From Candidatus Enterousia sp. (GTDB lineage: Bacteria > Pseudomonadota > Alphaproteobacteria > Rs-D84): a stretch of 64,000 bases of DNA. The number at the start of each line of letters is the position of its first letter. Within the stretch, counting starts at the first letter, position 1. The stretch spans positions 71,183 through 135,182 of the forward strand of contig JAZNVZ010000002.1 in NCBI GenBank assembly GCA_045593065.1, in the 5' to 3' direction. The notes beneath the pieces were generated by a model. It searched no databases. It was given only the letters and a program-made list of their open reading frames with translations, and was not told the origin of the DNA. Shown here piece by piece: positions 49,606-59,427 of this stretch. Position numbers and translations under genes: made by a program.

Positions 49606-49649
49606 CATATCTGCTTGTTGTTTGTTCGTTCATGTACCGTTTTGTACAC
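49606..49649. repeat. 44 bp direct repeat copy 2
   Basis: catatctgcttgttgtttgttcgttcatgtaccgttttgtacac. Confidence 0.85.
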
Positions 49650-49750
49650 CGCACTCGCGTTTATTTTTTTGTATTTATGGATAAAAATCATTTTTTTTAT
49701 GTCGTATTTTATGGTATAATCTTGGTATAACTAAATAAAGCGAGTAGAGA

Positions 49751-50731
49751 ATGAAAAAATCTGTCTTAGTTTTTTTAACAAGTTTTTTTGTGGTATCTGG
49801 GGCAAATGCTAACTGGCAATACCCTGTGGACAAGGCGCAAGATACATGGGGCGGTGATGACGGCATGCGTTTTGTGTTGTCTGTGCGTGGTGGTGCGGCA
49901 TATGGGCGCGCCAAAATAAAAAACGAGATTGGTGGCTTGACAGGTCAATATGTTCAAAATGCAGATACAGGCGAAATCGTTACATTGGCGTGGTATAATT
50001 ATATGAAAGACCAAGGGTATATTACAGATGCTGACCCGTATTATGATGCGGGATATGGGCGTTTGGGTGATTTGCCTGCTAAAAAAGATTATGCCGAGGT
50101 TGCTTTTGCTGCGGGATTCAGTGCCGGGTTCACTATACCAAATTCGCCACAATGGCGTTTGGAATTTGGATTTGATCATATCGCTGAAACAGAATATAAT
50201 CAAAGCCCGCTGTTTGATGGAACAATGGTGTTGACCAGTGGTTTGTCAGTAGATGCACAAAGTGGCGCTGTACAATCCAGTTTGGCCAGTGATATTTACA
50301 GTGTGATGGCATTTTACGATTTCTTTAGCGGCGTTCAAAAACCGATGAATACATTAATTCCATACATTGGTATTGGTGGCGGATATGCTGATACGAAAAC
50401 AGTGTTGCAATTAACTGATTCTTATGGGGATTTATCGGATGTGTACGAATTGCAGAATTTTGGTATTATGGATGATGCGGGCGTTATACAATTTAACAAG
50501 GCAGAAACCCATACATCAAATTTAGCCCCAGTCGCCGCGATTGGTGTTTCGTATGGATTCAGTGATAAAATGTTCTTGGATTTCGGGGTTCGTGCAATGT
50601 ATTTGCCGAAAATAAAATGGCAATTAACAAATGGCGAAACAACCACAGATGCCCAAAAACGGCGCGATTGGTTTAATGCTGAAAACATGATGTATATAAA
50701 CGCCATGATTGGATTGCGTGTAGAATTTTAA
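49751..50731 (+). CDS. outer-membrane beta-barrel protein
   Basis: Signal peptide MKKSVLVFLTSFFVVSGANA; alternating amphipathic beta-strand pattern; C-terminal aromatic terminus (IGLRVEF). Confidence 0.7.
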   Translation: MKKSVLVFLTSFFVVSGANANWQYPVDKAQDTWGGDDGMRFVLSVRGGAAYGRAKIKNEIGGLTGQYVQNADTGEIVTLAWYNYMKDQGYITDADPYYDAGYGRLGDLPAKKDYAEVAFAAGFSAGFTIPNSPQWRLEFGFDHIAETEYNQSPLFDGTMVLTSGLSVDAQSGAVQSSLASDIYSVMAFYDFFSGVQKPMNTLIPYIGIGGGYADTKTVLQLTDSYGDLSDVYELQNFGIMDDAGVIQFNKAETHTSNLAPVAAIGVSYGFSDKMFLDFGVRAMYLPKIKWQLTNGETTTDAQKRRDWFNAENMMYINAMIGLRVEF

Positions 50732-50782
50732 AAATAATACTTGCAATATCAAAAAAAGTATGTCAATATACATGCACAAATT

Positions 50783-50859
50783 GCGAGCGTAGCTCAGTTG
50801 GCTAGAGCGCAACCTTGCCAAGGTTGAGGTCGAGGGTTCGAGCCCCTTTGCTCGCACCA
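50783..50859 (+). tRNA. tRNA-Gly (anticodon GCC)
   Basis: GCGAGCGTAGCTCAGTTGGCTAGAGC...anticodon loop TTGCCAA...GGTTCGAGCCC...TTTGCTCGCACCA; 77 nt. Confidence 0.85.
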
Positions 50860-50955
50860 AAGTTTTAAAACCGTCCGTTAGGGCGGTGTTTAATTTTGTC
50901 GGCAAAGGGGCGAGAATCTCGCCGTAGTGAAACGCAGGCGGATTGCGAGGCGAGG
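50843..50955 (+). repeat. 113 bp direct repeat, left copy (tRNA-Gly 3' end plus 96 bp)
   Basis: 112 of 113 identical to 54245-54357; a further 18 bp copy of the tRNA 3' end lies at 50976-50993. Confidence 0.9.
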
Positions 50956-51200
50956 TTATGAAATAACCGAAGTACTTTGCTCGCACCAAAGTTAAAATGT
51001 TAGAAATCCGGGCATTTGCACCGGATTTTTTGTTTTATATCGCAAATTACCGGTGCGGATAATGTTTTGAATTTTCAACATTTTTTGCTTTGCATACAAA
51101 AAACGCAGAAATCCGCCGTTTTTTGATAATTTACTATATCGGGGAAATAGTTTCTATCCAAATATGATGCAAAAAGTGCCCATAAGGGCACTATTTTTAA

Positions 51201-52124
51201 TTAAATTAAATCCGAATATGGCAAAGACTTGATATATTTTTCCATATAAACCCAGTCAGGTTCACCTTTATTATCGACAGGTAGTTTTATTTGATGCAAC
51301 ACAAAATCTTTTTGACGATATTGTCGTCCATATGCATACCTATACTTATCCATACTTATAACGGATGCTATAAATAATTTTATAAATTTGTTCAATGGCG
51401 TTTTTTCTTTTAACACTAAAATATTATCATCACAAGCAAAATCATATGACCTATAAAAACAATTACAAAACATATCAATCGTTATTGAGTTGTTGTATAT
51501 TTTCATTTCTGGATTTGATATATAATCAGATATACCCTCGTTTGATGCACCAGCCGTTGCCAATGGTATTTTACCAGGAATTCTGTTTTCTTTTGTTAAA
51601 CGCACTCCACGAGCAACACCGAACAAATCGGACAACTTAAAATGTTTCCATTTTGTCGTATCAAATTGTGATTCTTTGCGTTTTATTTTTGTACCAATTG
51701 AGCTGTAATCAATTTTGTATTTTTTTAACCAATCCGGCAATGGCGGCAAATTGATGTTTTTCAACGTTTTGTTCGCCTGACGGCCATAACTATAACGATA
51801 CGCATTCATTTTTATGACATGGCAATAAAACAATTTTTCTTCCAATGACATTTCTTTTTTAGGTATAAGCAAATATAAATCACGTCCACTGTAAAAAGGC
51901 TTATCTTGAACAAAGGTTGATAAAACACTGCCACCGCCAGCACACGTAAGTATTCCTGCCGGTTGTGGTTCTTTCCCAGAAATGCGTTTTACCCTTGCTA
52001 CAACACCATTGTTTTCAGCCGTTCTGGCAACAAAATTTATTGCATCTGCATCATCGGACTGTTCCAGAGCATCAAGTTCTAGATTTATTCCATATTTAAT
52101 ATCAAATAATTCAGATACTAACAT
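51201..52124 (-). CDS. restriction-modification specificity subunit (two tandem target-recognition domains; BcgIB-like)
   Basis: Internal two-fold repeat (SELFDIKYG...YRYSYGRQANK vs LSDLFGVARG...YRYAYGRQYRQ); directly downstream of and co-oriented with the MTase-ENase gene. Confidence 0.65.
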   Translation of the reverse strand: MLVSELFDIKYGINLELDALEQSDDADAINFVARTAENNGVVARVKRISGKEPQPAGILTCAGGGSVLSTFVQDKPFYSGRDLYLLIPKKEMSLEEKLFYCHVIKMNAYRYSYGRQANKTLKNINLPPLPDWLKKYKIDYSSIGTKIKRKESQFDTTKWKHFKLSDLFGVARGVRLTKENRIPGKIPLATAGASNEGISDYISNPEMKIYNNSITIDMFCNCFYRSYDFACDDNILVLKEKTPLNKFIKLFIASVISMDKYRYAYGRQYRQKDFVLHQIKLPVDNKGEPDWVYMEKYIKSLPYSDLI

Positions 52125-52126
52125 TG

Positions 52127-53989
52127 TTATTTACTCGTTTTTATCAGGTATGCCAGATAATTTTTTACCGTCTGTTCAAAATCAGATTGTTTCAAATTTG
52201 AATAATCGGTTTCCATATACGCTTCACATAACCACTCATCATTCCATTTAACAGGTTTTTTGGCGGTCAACCCATCTTTGACATCCAAATTTTCATATAA
52301 ATCCAGCCACTCTTTTTTGATTTTTTCCCAACGATTGAATTTATCAATGCGTCCAAGTTTTTTTGCTTTCACAAAACCATCATTTTTATAATATCCAAAG
52401 AACGTTTGTTTTGTTGAATCATGCGGTTTATGTGCTGTCCAAACCATGACACATACGTTGGTGTTGGCATTGTTTGAATAAAATATATCATCCGGCATTG
52501 AAAACACCGCTTTTAATGTATGGTGTTTGAACAATTTTTCACGTTCTGTTTTAAATTTGGTTCCGATTGCACAAGACATAGGCACAACCACAACCCCAGT
52601 TCCGCCAGGTTCTAATAAATCCAACATATTTTGAACAAAAGCCAGTTCAGTATGGTCTTTTTGTGAATACGGTGGGTTAATCAGACCAACATTTAAATGT
52701 TTTTCTTTTAACCATTTAACAATATCTGCACTAAAACAGTCGCCATATTTTATATTTGATTTACCATCACCACGAACAATCATATTTGCAATAGCCAATG
52801 TATAAATATCGTCATTAAATTCTACACCATATAAATGATTGCGTTTTATGTCGTCTATCTCATTGTCATTCGCGCCTTTGAACATTTTTGACATTGCCGA
52901 CACCAAAAACGCCCCAGACCCACAGCAAATGTCGACAACTTTACTATTTTTATTTACACCGGCCAAATCACACATAAATTCTGTCAAATGTTGCGGTGTT
53001 AAAACTATTCCTAATCCTTTACCATCACCGCCACTATATTTTACAAATTCATGATAAAATATTCCAAGTGCATCAATTGCACTATCTGCATAATCCATCA
53101 TTGGTTTAATTTTTCTATCCAATTCGGATATATACCATAATAAAGAATTATCTTCATTCAATGGAATGTCTTTAATTTTTCCGTCTTTTCCTATTTTTTC
53201 AAAATGCTTTTTTATGTCGCTAATCTTATCTTGTCTGATATCGCTGTTATCTAAAACGGTTATGATTGCATCTTTTAACAAACTCATTAAAGACCTAAAA
53301 GAATTCTGGTTTTGATAATTATTTACAAAATCATCATCTTTTAATGCGATTAAAATTCCGGCAATAAAGACGGGTTTATCTTTTTCCGTAATTTTTAAAA
53401 TACGTAAATTATCATGCATAACAAGTGCCAACTTACGAATTTCATCAATCGACACTTTTTTGCTAACTTTTTCACCTTTAACCATACGTAAATAATTTTC
53501 CGGGGCATATAAAACATCTTTACCTTTGCTTAATTCTTGTGGTTTTTCTTGACCTTTGCGCCAATCAAAAGCGCTAACCTTGTAATTATCCGATGATGTT
53601 CCAGATACAGCAATCGCAATCACATTAAAATAATCTTTGATAAATTTTGCATAATACAACGCACCGTCCACCGCAAACGCTTCCGGTTGATTCCAATTTT
53701 CTGATTCATGCTTTTTTAACGATGCTTTACATTCAACAACGATAACCGTATCACGTGCTTTGTCAAATGTTATCACAAATTCCGGTTTACCAATTCCTTT
53801 GCCACCACAATCATATTGATTCAAATCACAAATCTTTGGTTTGCCACCGGCACGTTCCAATGCTTCACGTAAATCACCGTTAATTTTTGATGCATCAGAT
53901 TGTGGATAAACAACACCCCATGAATTTTTACCGAGTGCAAAATCCATCTCTTTTTGTGTTAAATCCTCGGTTAAACGTTCACTTGCCAT
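52127..53989 (-). CDS. Type IIB/IIG-like restriction-modification protein: N-terminal PD-(D/E)xK nuclease fused to gamma-class N6-adenine DNA methyltransferase (BcgIA-like)
   Basis: Nuclease motif FDKARDTVIVVECK; MTase motif X GIVLTPQHL, motif I DICCGSGAFL, motif IV NPPY (GLINPPYSQ); 620 aa. Confidence 0.78.
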   Translation of the reverse strand: MASERLTEDLTQKEMDFALGKNSWGVVYPQSDASKINGDLREALERAGGKPKICDLNQYDCGGKGIGKPEFVITFDKARDTVIVVECKASLKKHESENWNQPEAFAVDGALYYAKFIKDYFNVIAIAVSGTSSDNYKVSAFDWRKGQEKPQELSKGKDVLYAPENYLRMVKGEKVSKKVSIDEIRKLALVMHDNLRILKITEKDKPVFIAGILIALKDDDFVNNYQNQNSFRSLMSLLKDAIITVLDNSDIRQDKISDIKKHFEKIGKDGKIKDIPLNEDNSLLWYISELDRKIKPMMDYADSAIDALGIFYHEFVKYSGGDGKGLGIVLTPQHLTEFMCDLAGVNKNSKVVDICCGSGAFLVSAMSKMFKGANDNEIDDIKRNHLYGVEFNDDIYTLAIANMIVRGDGKSNIKYGDCFSADIVKWLKEKHLNVGLINPPYSQKDHTELAFVQNMLDLLEPGGTGVVVVPMSCAIGTKFKTEREKLFKHHTLKAVFSMPDDIFYSNNANTNVCVMVWTAHKPHDSTKQTFFGYYKNDGFVKAKKLGRIDKFNRWEKIKKEWLDLYENLDVKDGLTAKKPVKWNDEWLCEAYMETDYSNLKQSDFEQTVKNYLAYLIKTSK

Positions 53990-54244
53990 AAATCTTTCCT
54001 TCCTTTACGCAATAATTATAGAAGTTTTTTTACAATCACCACAATAAAAAAATCATTCTCTCGGTATCTATTATACCACAAAAAATAATCGCAAATAACA
54101 AAAACGTAAAAAAATCGTTTGCTTTTACCAAAAAACACGATAAACCCAAAGGGTGTTAGGCAAAGCGTCAGGCAAACTGATAAAAAAGCAGGTAAAAAGC
54201 GGTCAAAAGGGTTAAAAAATTGGCTAAAAATGGTCAAATGCGTT

Positions 54245-54357
54245 CCCCTTTGCTCGCACCAAAGTTTTAAAACCGTCCGTTAGGGCGGTTTTTAATTTTG
54301 TCGGCAAAGGGGCGAGAATCTCGCCGTAGTGAAACGCAGGCGGATTGCGAGGCGAGG
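54245..54357 (+). repeat. 113 bp direct repeat, right copy
   Basis: cccctttgctcgcaccaaagttttaaaaccgtccgttagggcgg...gcgaggcgagg. Confidence 0.9.
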
Positions 54358-54432
54358 CGACATATAGCCATCGAAGTACTTGACAAAATGAAATAATGCA
54401 CTATAATTGTCTTTGTCAATAAACCAAGGGAG

Positions 54433-54927
54433 ATGATTGTGGCACACAAAGATGTAAAATTAACAAAAACACAAAGTCAATACCTGGCGCAATACAAGTA
54501 TGATATCAGTAATGCCGTGATTGATAAATTTGGTGGTTCTTATCAAAATTACGAAACATTATGCAAGACATGGCGTCAACAAATGGATTACAGACCAGAA
54601 ATTGAAGAATTTATTTTATCTAATAATAACATTATATTGGTAAAGGCCTTGCCAGATTATGCTATGCGTGATTTGAATTGTATGTATGGTTTGTGCAACG
54701 GTATTGCCGAATATTTATCAAAATACATGATTAAAAAATCTGCGGGATTGACCAGGGCGACTGTCCAAAATGAAATTGTGAACAGAATATTTTTTAATTC
54801 GCCTGTATTTATAAAACATTTCCAGGCAAGATATAAAAAACCTTTGGATTTAGATAACGCGGGTTGGGTTAATGCAAATCCTGGGGTTGTCGCGATGGCA
54901 AACGCATTAAAAGCAAAACAATATTAA
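54433..54927 (+). CDS. hypothetical protein (164 aa)
   Basis: AAGGGAG SD, clean ORF, hairpin terminator at 54948-54977; no family recognised. Confidence 0.5.
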   Translation: MIVAHKDVKLTKTQSQYLAQYKYDISNAVIDKFGGSYQNYETLCKTWRQQMDYRPEIEEFILSNNNIILVKALPDYAMRDLNCMYGLCNGIAEYLSKYMIKKSAGLTRATVQNEIVNRIFFNSPVFIKHFQARYKKPLDLDNAGWVNANPGVVAMANALKAKQY

Positions 54928-54947
54928 ATAATTTAATGCGTTGTGAT

Positions 54948-54977
54948 TAAACCGCATCGTTTGATGCGGTTTTTTGT
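54948..54977 (+). terminator. rho-independent terminator
   Basis: accgcatc-gtttg-atgcggt followed by T6. Confidence 0.65.
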
Positions 54978-55046
54978 CAATATTTAATTTGTTGAAATTG
55001 TTATACTATATTGACTATAATTCAGCGTGGCCAAATAGGAGTTGTC

Positions 55047-56156
55047 ATGACGCAAATATTATCAGGTGTATATTTGGATTATTCTGATGTTTTAATTCGT
55101 CCAAAAATGGGAATAAATCTTAACTCTCGCAAAGATGTCGAATTACAAAGGTTGTTTAAATTTAAACATGGTCAAACGCGAACAGGATTGGGAATATTTA
55201 ATGCCAATATGGCAACCGTTGGTAATTTTACAATCGCAAAAAAATTACTGGCGCGCGGCATGTTTGCCACATTGCACAAACATTATACAGTGGATGAAAT
55301 AGGGGAATTTATTAAATCTGCGCGTGCGGACAATGTGCCGTTGGACAATTTGTTTATTACCATCGGGCTGAAAAACATAGATGACGAAATTGCAAAATTA
55401 AAAGATTTAGAATCAAAATATGGTTGGATAGCACCGCGTAATATCTGCATGGATGCACCAAATTTCTATATCCAGAAAGCATTAGATGCGTTAAAGCGTG
55501 TGCGCACGGAATTTCCGGATTCTGTTATTATGGCGGGCAATATTGCCAGTGGCGATATTTGTTTGAAGCTGTTGGACTATGCCGACATTATCAAATGTGG
55601 CATTGGCAGTGGGTCTGCGTGTCTAACGCGTCGCCAGACAGGTTGCGGAACGCCGATGGTGTCGCTGATATTAGAATGTGCGGATATTGCGCATTCTGTG
55701 GGCGGTCATATTTGTGCAGATGGCGGAATTGTTGATGTCGGCGATATTTGCAAGGCATTTTGTTTGAATGCGGATTTTGTTATGGCGGGCGGCATATTTG
55801 CTGGCACTGACGAGGCCGAAGGCGAACGCCAAGAAAAACATTATCAAACAAATGAAATCATTGATGGCGCGCCGGTTGTGAAAACCAAATATTTCAAGGC
55901 ATATTACGGCATGTCGTCTGAATATGCGAATAATAAATTTGCAGGCGGAATGGGAAATTATAAAACCAGTGAAGGACGCGAATTGTTGATACCATACACT
56001 GGCGCGGTTGATAAAATTTTGCAGGATATCACGGGCGGAATCGCATCTTGTTGCACATATATTGGCGCGGCATCTGTGAAACACATGGCAAAATGCGCAA
56101 CGATAATACAGGTACACAATCAATTAAACAAGGTGTTTGAAAAATATTCTGTATAA
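55047..56156 (+). CDS. guaC: GMP reductase (IMPDH/GMPR family, no CBS insert)
   Basis: Near-collinear with the GuaC pattern (YSDVLIRPK...SRKDVELQRLFKFKHG...ANMATVGNF...CGIGSGSACLTRRQTGCGTP...ADGG...YYGMSSE); AGGAG SD. Confidence 0.85.
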   Translation: MTQILSGVYLDYSDVLIRPKMGINLNSRKDVELQRLFKFKHGQTRTGLGIFNANMATVGNFTIAKKLLARGMFATLHKHYTVDEIGEFIKSARADNVPLDNLFITIGLKNIDDEIAKLKDLESKYGWIAPRNICMDAPNFYIQKALDALKRVRTEFPDSVIMAGNIASGDICLKLLDYADIIKCGIGSGSACLTRRQTGCGTPMVSLILECADIAHSVGGHICADGGIVDVGDICKAFCLNADFVMAGGIFAGTDEAEGERQEKHYQTNEIIDGAPVVKTKYFKAYYGMSSEYANNKFAGGMGNYKTSEGRELLIPYTGAVDKILQDITGGIASCCTYIGAASVKHMAKCATIIQVHNQLNKVFEKYSV

Positions 56157-56197
56157 TATATTGTCGTATAATTCAATCTAAGTAAAGGAAATCGTAC

Positions 56198-57586
56198 ATG
56201 TTAATTCAAGAAAATGTGTTATCCCGAACCCAACAACATGATGCAGAAAATTTGGCAGCCATAGACAACGCAGTGCACGCAGGGCGTATAAATGAAGAGG
56301 CCGCCGATTATATGCGCGTCATGTATTCAAATGGCATGGATTGGTTTCGCGAGGTCTTTCATTTTCTGGGCAAATGTTTGGGCGCCCCAAAGGCCGCGGT
56401 TGTGCCATACGACCGAGAACATAATACTGGCATAAATATCAAAATGAAAATCGCGGACATTAACCCACTGGAAACATATTTGGTGCAACATCGTCTGGAT
56501 GCAGACCCAATGAGAAACCAGTTCTTTACATCGCCAGAAAAATGTCAAATCGATTTGTCTGTATCGTCTATTGTAACGGTAATTGTCGCGGCACAAAAAA
56601 GCGTGGACAGGGCGTTGGATAAAATCACAGGCAAATATTATATGCAATATTTAGAATCTGTGTTGGATGTTGTGAAAAATATTTTAGAACCACATTGTGA
56701 TAATCAGTCGATTAAGACATTGGAACGCGATATCCGGGAACAATTTGCCGCGCAATATATAACCAATGCTGCCGAGGTTGTATTGCGATTAATCGATACA
56801 GCAGATAAAAATGTAATTGTGAATTTGGTGCGCGCATTGGATAAAATTCGCAAACCATATACTCGTCTCAGCGATGTGTGGCGCATTAAATGTTTGTTCG
56901 ATTTAATCCCCCAGGCGCGTACTTTTATTGAAAGAATGCAAGAATTGATGCCTGACAGAATTTTGGAAATTCGTGATAAATTTTATGATATCAAAAATCC
57001 GCGTAATTACAGGGACGCAAAAATAATTATCAATATTGGCAAAGATGGCGCGGTGGTGCCCATGGAAATTATTTGCCAGGTGCGTAAATTTTTCGAAGCA
57101 GAAATTAAAACTCATAATAACTATGAAACAATCCGTTTAACCGAAGCATGCCGTGATGCCAGCAAAGAACAAGAATCATCTAACTATATGGAACACGGCG
57201 TTCAGCAATATAATTTGATGATTGTGGAATGTTTGGACGATTTGTTTGAACGGGTGGGGTGGAACATTTTGTATTCGCACGACCATAATGTATCTATGTT
57301 CGAAGGTTTTCCAAAAGATTGCAAATTGTATTATCCGCAATATGTTATGGATTCTATTCGTGGAAAATTGTTGTTGGCGGTGGAAAATGAAATATTTCAT
57401 ATTAACCAGGTGCCTGTAAAGTTAACCAAAGAACAAGAAAGCCGAATATTTTTATTTATGGCGCATTTTATATTGGTTGCGGCAATGCCTTATGTCAAGG
57501 CAGATTGGAAAGTTTCTGCGGATACTATGGCGGGTAAATTATTTAATTTTGTAATGAAAGAAGTTCAACGTTATTACAAAAAATAA
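56198..57586 (+). CDS. hypothetical protein (462 aa); weak resemblance to nucleotidyltransferase / RelA-SpoT-like synthetase motifs
   Basis: AAGGAA SD; segment YRDAKIIINIG...VPMEIICQVRKFFEAEIKTH loosely resembles the RSH YxxxHxxV / EIQIRT / AExxH pattern; not conclusive. Confidence 0.45.
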   Translation: MLIQENVLSRTQQHDAENLAAIDNAVHAGRINEEAADYMRVMYSNGMDWFREVFHFLGKCLGAPKAAVVPYDREHNTGINIKMKIADINPLETYLVQHRLDADPMRNQFFTSPEKCQIDLSVSSIVTVIVAAQKSVDRALDKITGKYYMQYLESVLDVVKNILEPHCDNQSIKTLERDIREQFAAQYITNAAEVVLRLIDTADKNVIVNLVRALDKIRKPYTRLSDVWRIKCLFDLIPQARTFIERMQELMPDRILEIRDKFYDIKNPRNYRDAKIIINIGKDGAVVPMEIICQVRKFFEAEIKTHNNYETIRLTEACRDASKEQESSNYMEHGVQQYNLMIVECLDDLFERVGWNILYSHDHNVSMFEGFPKDCKLYYPQYVMDSIRGKLLLAVENEIFHINQVPVKLTKEQESRIFLFMAHFILVAAMPYVKADWKVSADTMAGKLFNFVMKEVQRYYKK

Positions 57587-57712
57587 TTTTGTGTGTGGCA
57601 TAAAAACATAATTCTATTTACTTGCGTTAAATTCAAAAACTGTTTACAATAATACCAGGTTCTGGGTGGAATTTTAACCAGAACCATAACAAGCATAAGG
57701 AAAGGATTGGTT

Positions 57713-58063
57713 ATGCGTCAAGGAAAGGTTAAATGGTACAACGGTAAAAAATGTTTTGGATTTATCAGTCCAGACACCCCAAACGAAGATGGTAATACGG
57801 ATGATGTATTTGTGCATTCCAGTGCATTAAAGGCCGCCGATATTAGATTTTTGAACGAAAACGATATTGTCGAATTCGAAGAAGAACCGCGCAACGGCAA
57901 ATTATCTGTGACAACAATCAAATTGATTCAACGCGATGAAGAGGCCGCTCGCCGTTTTCAAGAACGCCGCGCAGAACGCCGCCGTGCCCGCGAAGAACGC
58001 AAATCTCGCGAGGAACGCGAAGAAAAATCTGCCCGCCGTGGATTCGCATTCTGGAAAAAATAA
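57713..58063 (+). CDS. cspA: cold-shock domain protein with Arg/Glu-rich C-terminal tail
   Basis: CSD motifs GKVKWYNGKKCFGFI and VFVHSSAL; C-terminal 45 aa ERRAERRRAREERKSREEREEK extension. Confidence 0.85.
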   Translation: MRQGKVKWYNGKKCFGFISPDTPNEDGNTDDVFVHSSALKAADIRFLNENDIVEFEEEPRNGKLSVTTIKLIQRDEEAARRFQERRAERRRAREERKSREEREEKSARRGFAFWKK

Positions 58064-58091
58064 AATTTTTTGTCAGGTTTAAATTGCCCGC

Positions 58092-58122
58092 GTTTGTGGG
58101 CAATTTTTATTTTGTATCTCTT
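58092..58122 (+). terminator. rho-independent terminator after cspA
   Basis: attgcccgcgtttgtgggcaat followed by a T-run. Confidence 0.6.
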
Positions 58123-58176
58123 GATTTTTTGTGCAATTTGAATTATATTTGTCATAACAAACCCAAGGAGTAAAAA

Positions 58177-58719
58177 ATGACAACGGTGCTAATCGTTTTA
58201 GGAATTTTGATTTTATATATTGTGTTTTCTTACAACGGATTGGTCGCCCGCCGCAACCAATCGCGCGAGGCATGGGCAACAATCGATACCCAATTAAAAC
58301 GCAGGTACGATTTGATTCCTAATTTGTTGGAATCTGTCAAGGGCGCAGCAAAACACGAAAAAGAAACATTAAATGCGGTAATTGCTGCACGTAATACGGC
58401 AATGTCTGCCACAGGCGCGGCGGACCGTGGCGCGGCAGAAAATGCGTTGTCTGGGGCGCTCAAAAATATTTTTGCGTTGGCGGAAAGTTATCCAAATCTA
58501 AAGGCCAACGAAAACTTTTTGGAATTGCAACGGGAACTTGCGGATACAGAAACAAAAATCCAGGCCGCGCGTCAATTTTATAACAATGTTGTGATGGGAT
58601 TGAATACTGCGATTGAACAATTCCCAACAAACTTGATTGCGCGTATGTTTGGTATTATGCCTGAAAAATTGTTTGAAATCGATGATACCGAACGCCAGGC
58701 GCCAAAGGTTAAATTCTAA
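58177..58719 (+). CDS. lemA: LemA family protein
   Basis: N-terminal TM then LemA core (YNGLVARRNQSREAWATIDTQLKRRYDLIPNL...ESYPNLKANENFLELQ). Confidence 0.85.
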   Translation: MTTVLIVLGILILYIVFSYNGLVARRNQSREAWATIDTQLKRRYDLIPNLLESVKGAAKHEKETLNAVIAARNTAMSATGAADRGAAENALSGALKNIFALAESYPNLKANENFLELQRELADTETKIQAARQFYNNVVMGLNTAIEQFPTNLIARMFGIMPEKLFEIDDTERQAPKVKF

Positions 58720-58727
58720 TAAAATCT

Positions 58728-58761
58728 GTCCCCCAGGGTGCGCCCTGGGGAATTTTTTTTG
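58728..58761 (+). terminator. rho-independent terminator after lemA
   Basis: ccccaggg-tgcg-ccctgggg followed by T8. Confidence 0.65.
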
Positions 58762-58822
58762 TTTTACACATTGACAAAGATTTATATTCGTGTAATATAA
58801 GCTGCACAAAAGAGGTAATGGT

Positions 58823-59272
58823 ATGGATTTGCATTATATTATTTGGACCGTAACAGAATTCAAAGACAAGATAGATTATGTGAATAAATTGGTGGGTGTT
58901 TGTGATTGCGACAATCCCGTGGTAGAGGTGCTTAATGAAACACACCTGACGAAAATATATAATATGAAATACACAACATATGAACGTGAGTATAAAAAAA
59001 TTAGTAAGTGTGAAGACATTATCGAGTTTAATGGCTCTATTGTTAAGTTTGCCAGACATTTGGATTATAGGTTTGACCGCGAGTTTGACTTGGATAAAAT
59101 CGGTTATATTGGCTGGAAACTGGGCGTATTGCAAAAAGCATTAGACAACAGAATCAAACAGCAAGAAAAAGTAAAAATGCGTGCTGAAAAAGCGAAAAAT
59201 ACAAGCAATTTGCAGACTAAAATACGGTATGCGTTGTTTAACAAGATTTTGGACCGCAATATTGGTCTGTAA
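58823..59272 (+). CDS. hypothetical protein (149 aa)
   Basis: AGAGG SD; no recognised motifs. Confidence 0.4.
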   Translation: MDLHYIIWTVTEFKDKIDYVNKLVGVCDCDNPVVEVLNETHLTKIYNMKYTTYEREYKKISKCEDIIEFNGSIVKFARHLDYRFDREFDLDKIGYIGWKLGVLQKALDNRIKQQEKVKMRAEKAKNTSNLQTKIRYALFNKILDRNIGL

Positions 59273-59427
59273 TTTCAAGAAAAAACTTGATTTTCTAAAC
59301 AAAATACTCTAATATATGCACCGCTGGGTAATCAGAACTGATTAAACGGCGGTGCTTTTTGGTCCCGTCCGCGATAAGGATTCTGTTGATACCTGGCACC
59401 GAAAAACCAAAAACAAAAGGATAAATT

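Larger units (their letters stand above)
50843..54357. mobile_element. putative tRNA-Gly-associated genomic island carrying a Type IIB R-M system, bounded by 113 bp direct repeats; no integrase inside
   Basis: Flanking direct repeats that include the tRNA 3' end, cargo of two defence genes, and internal terminators. Confidence 0.55.
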
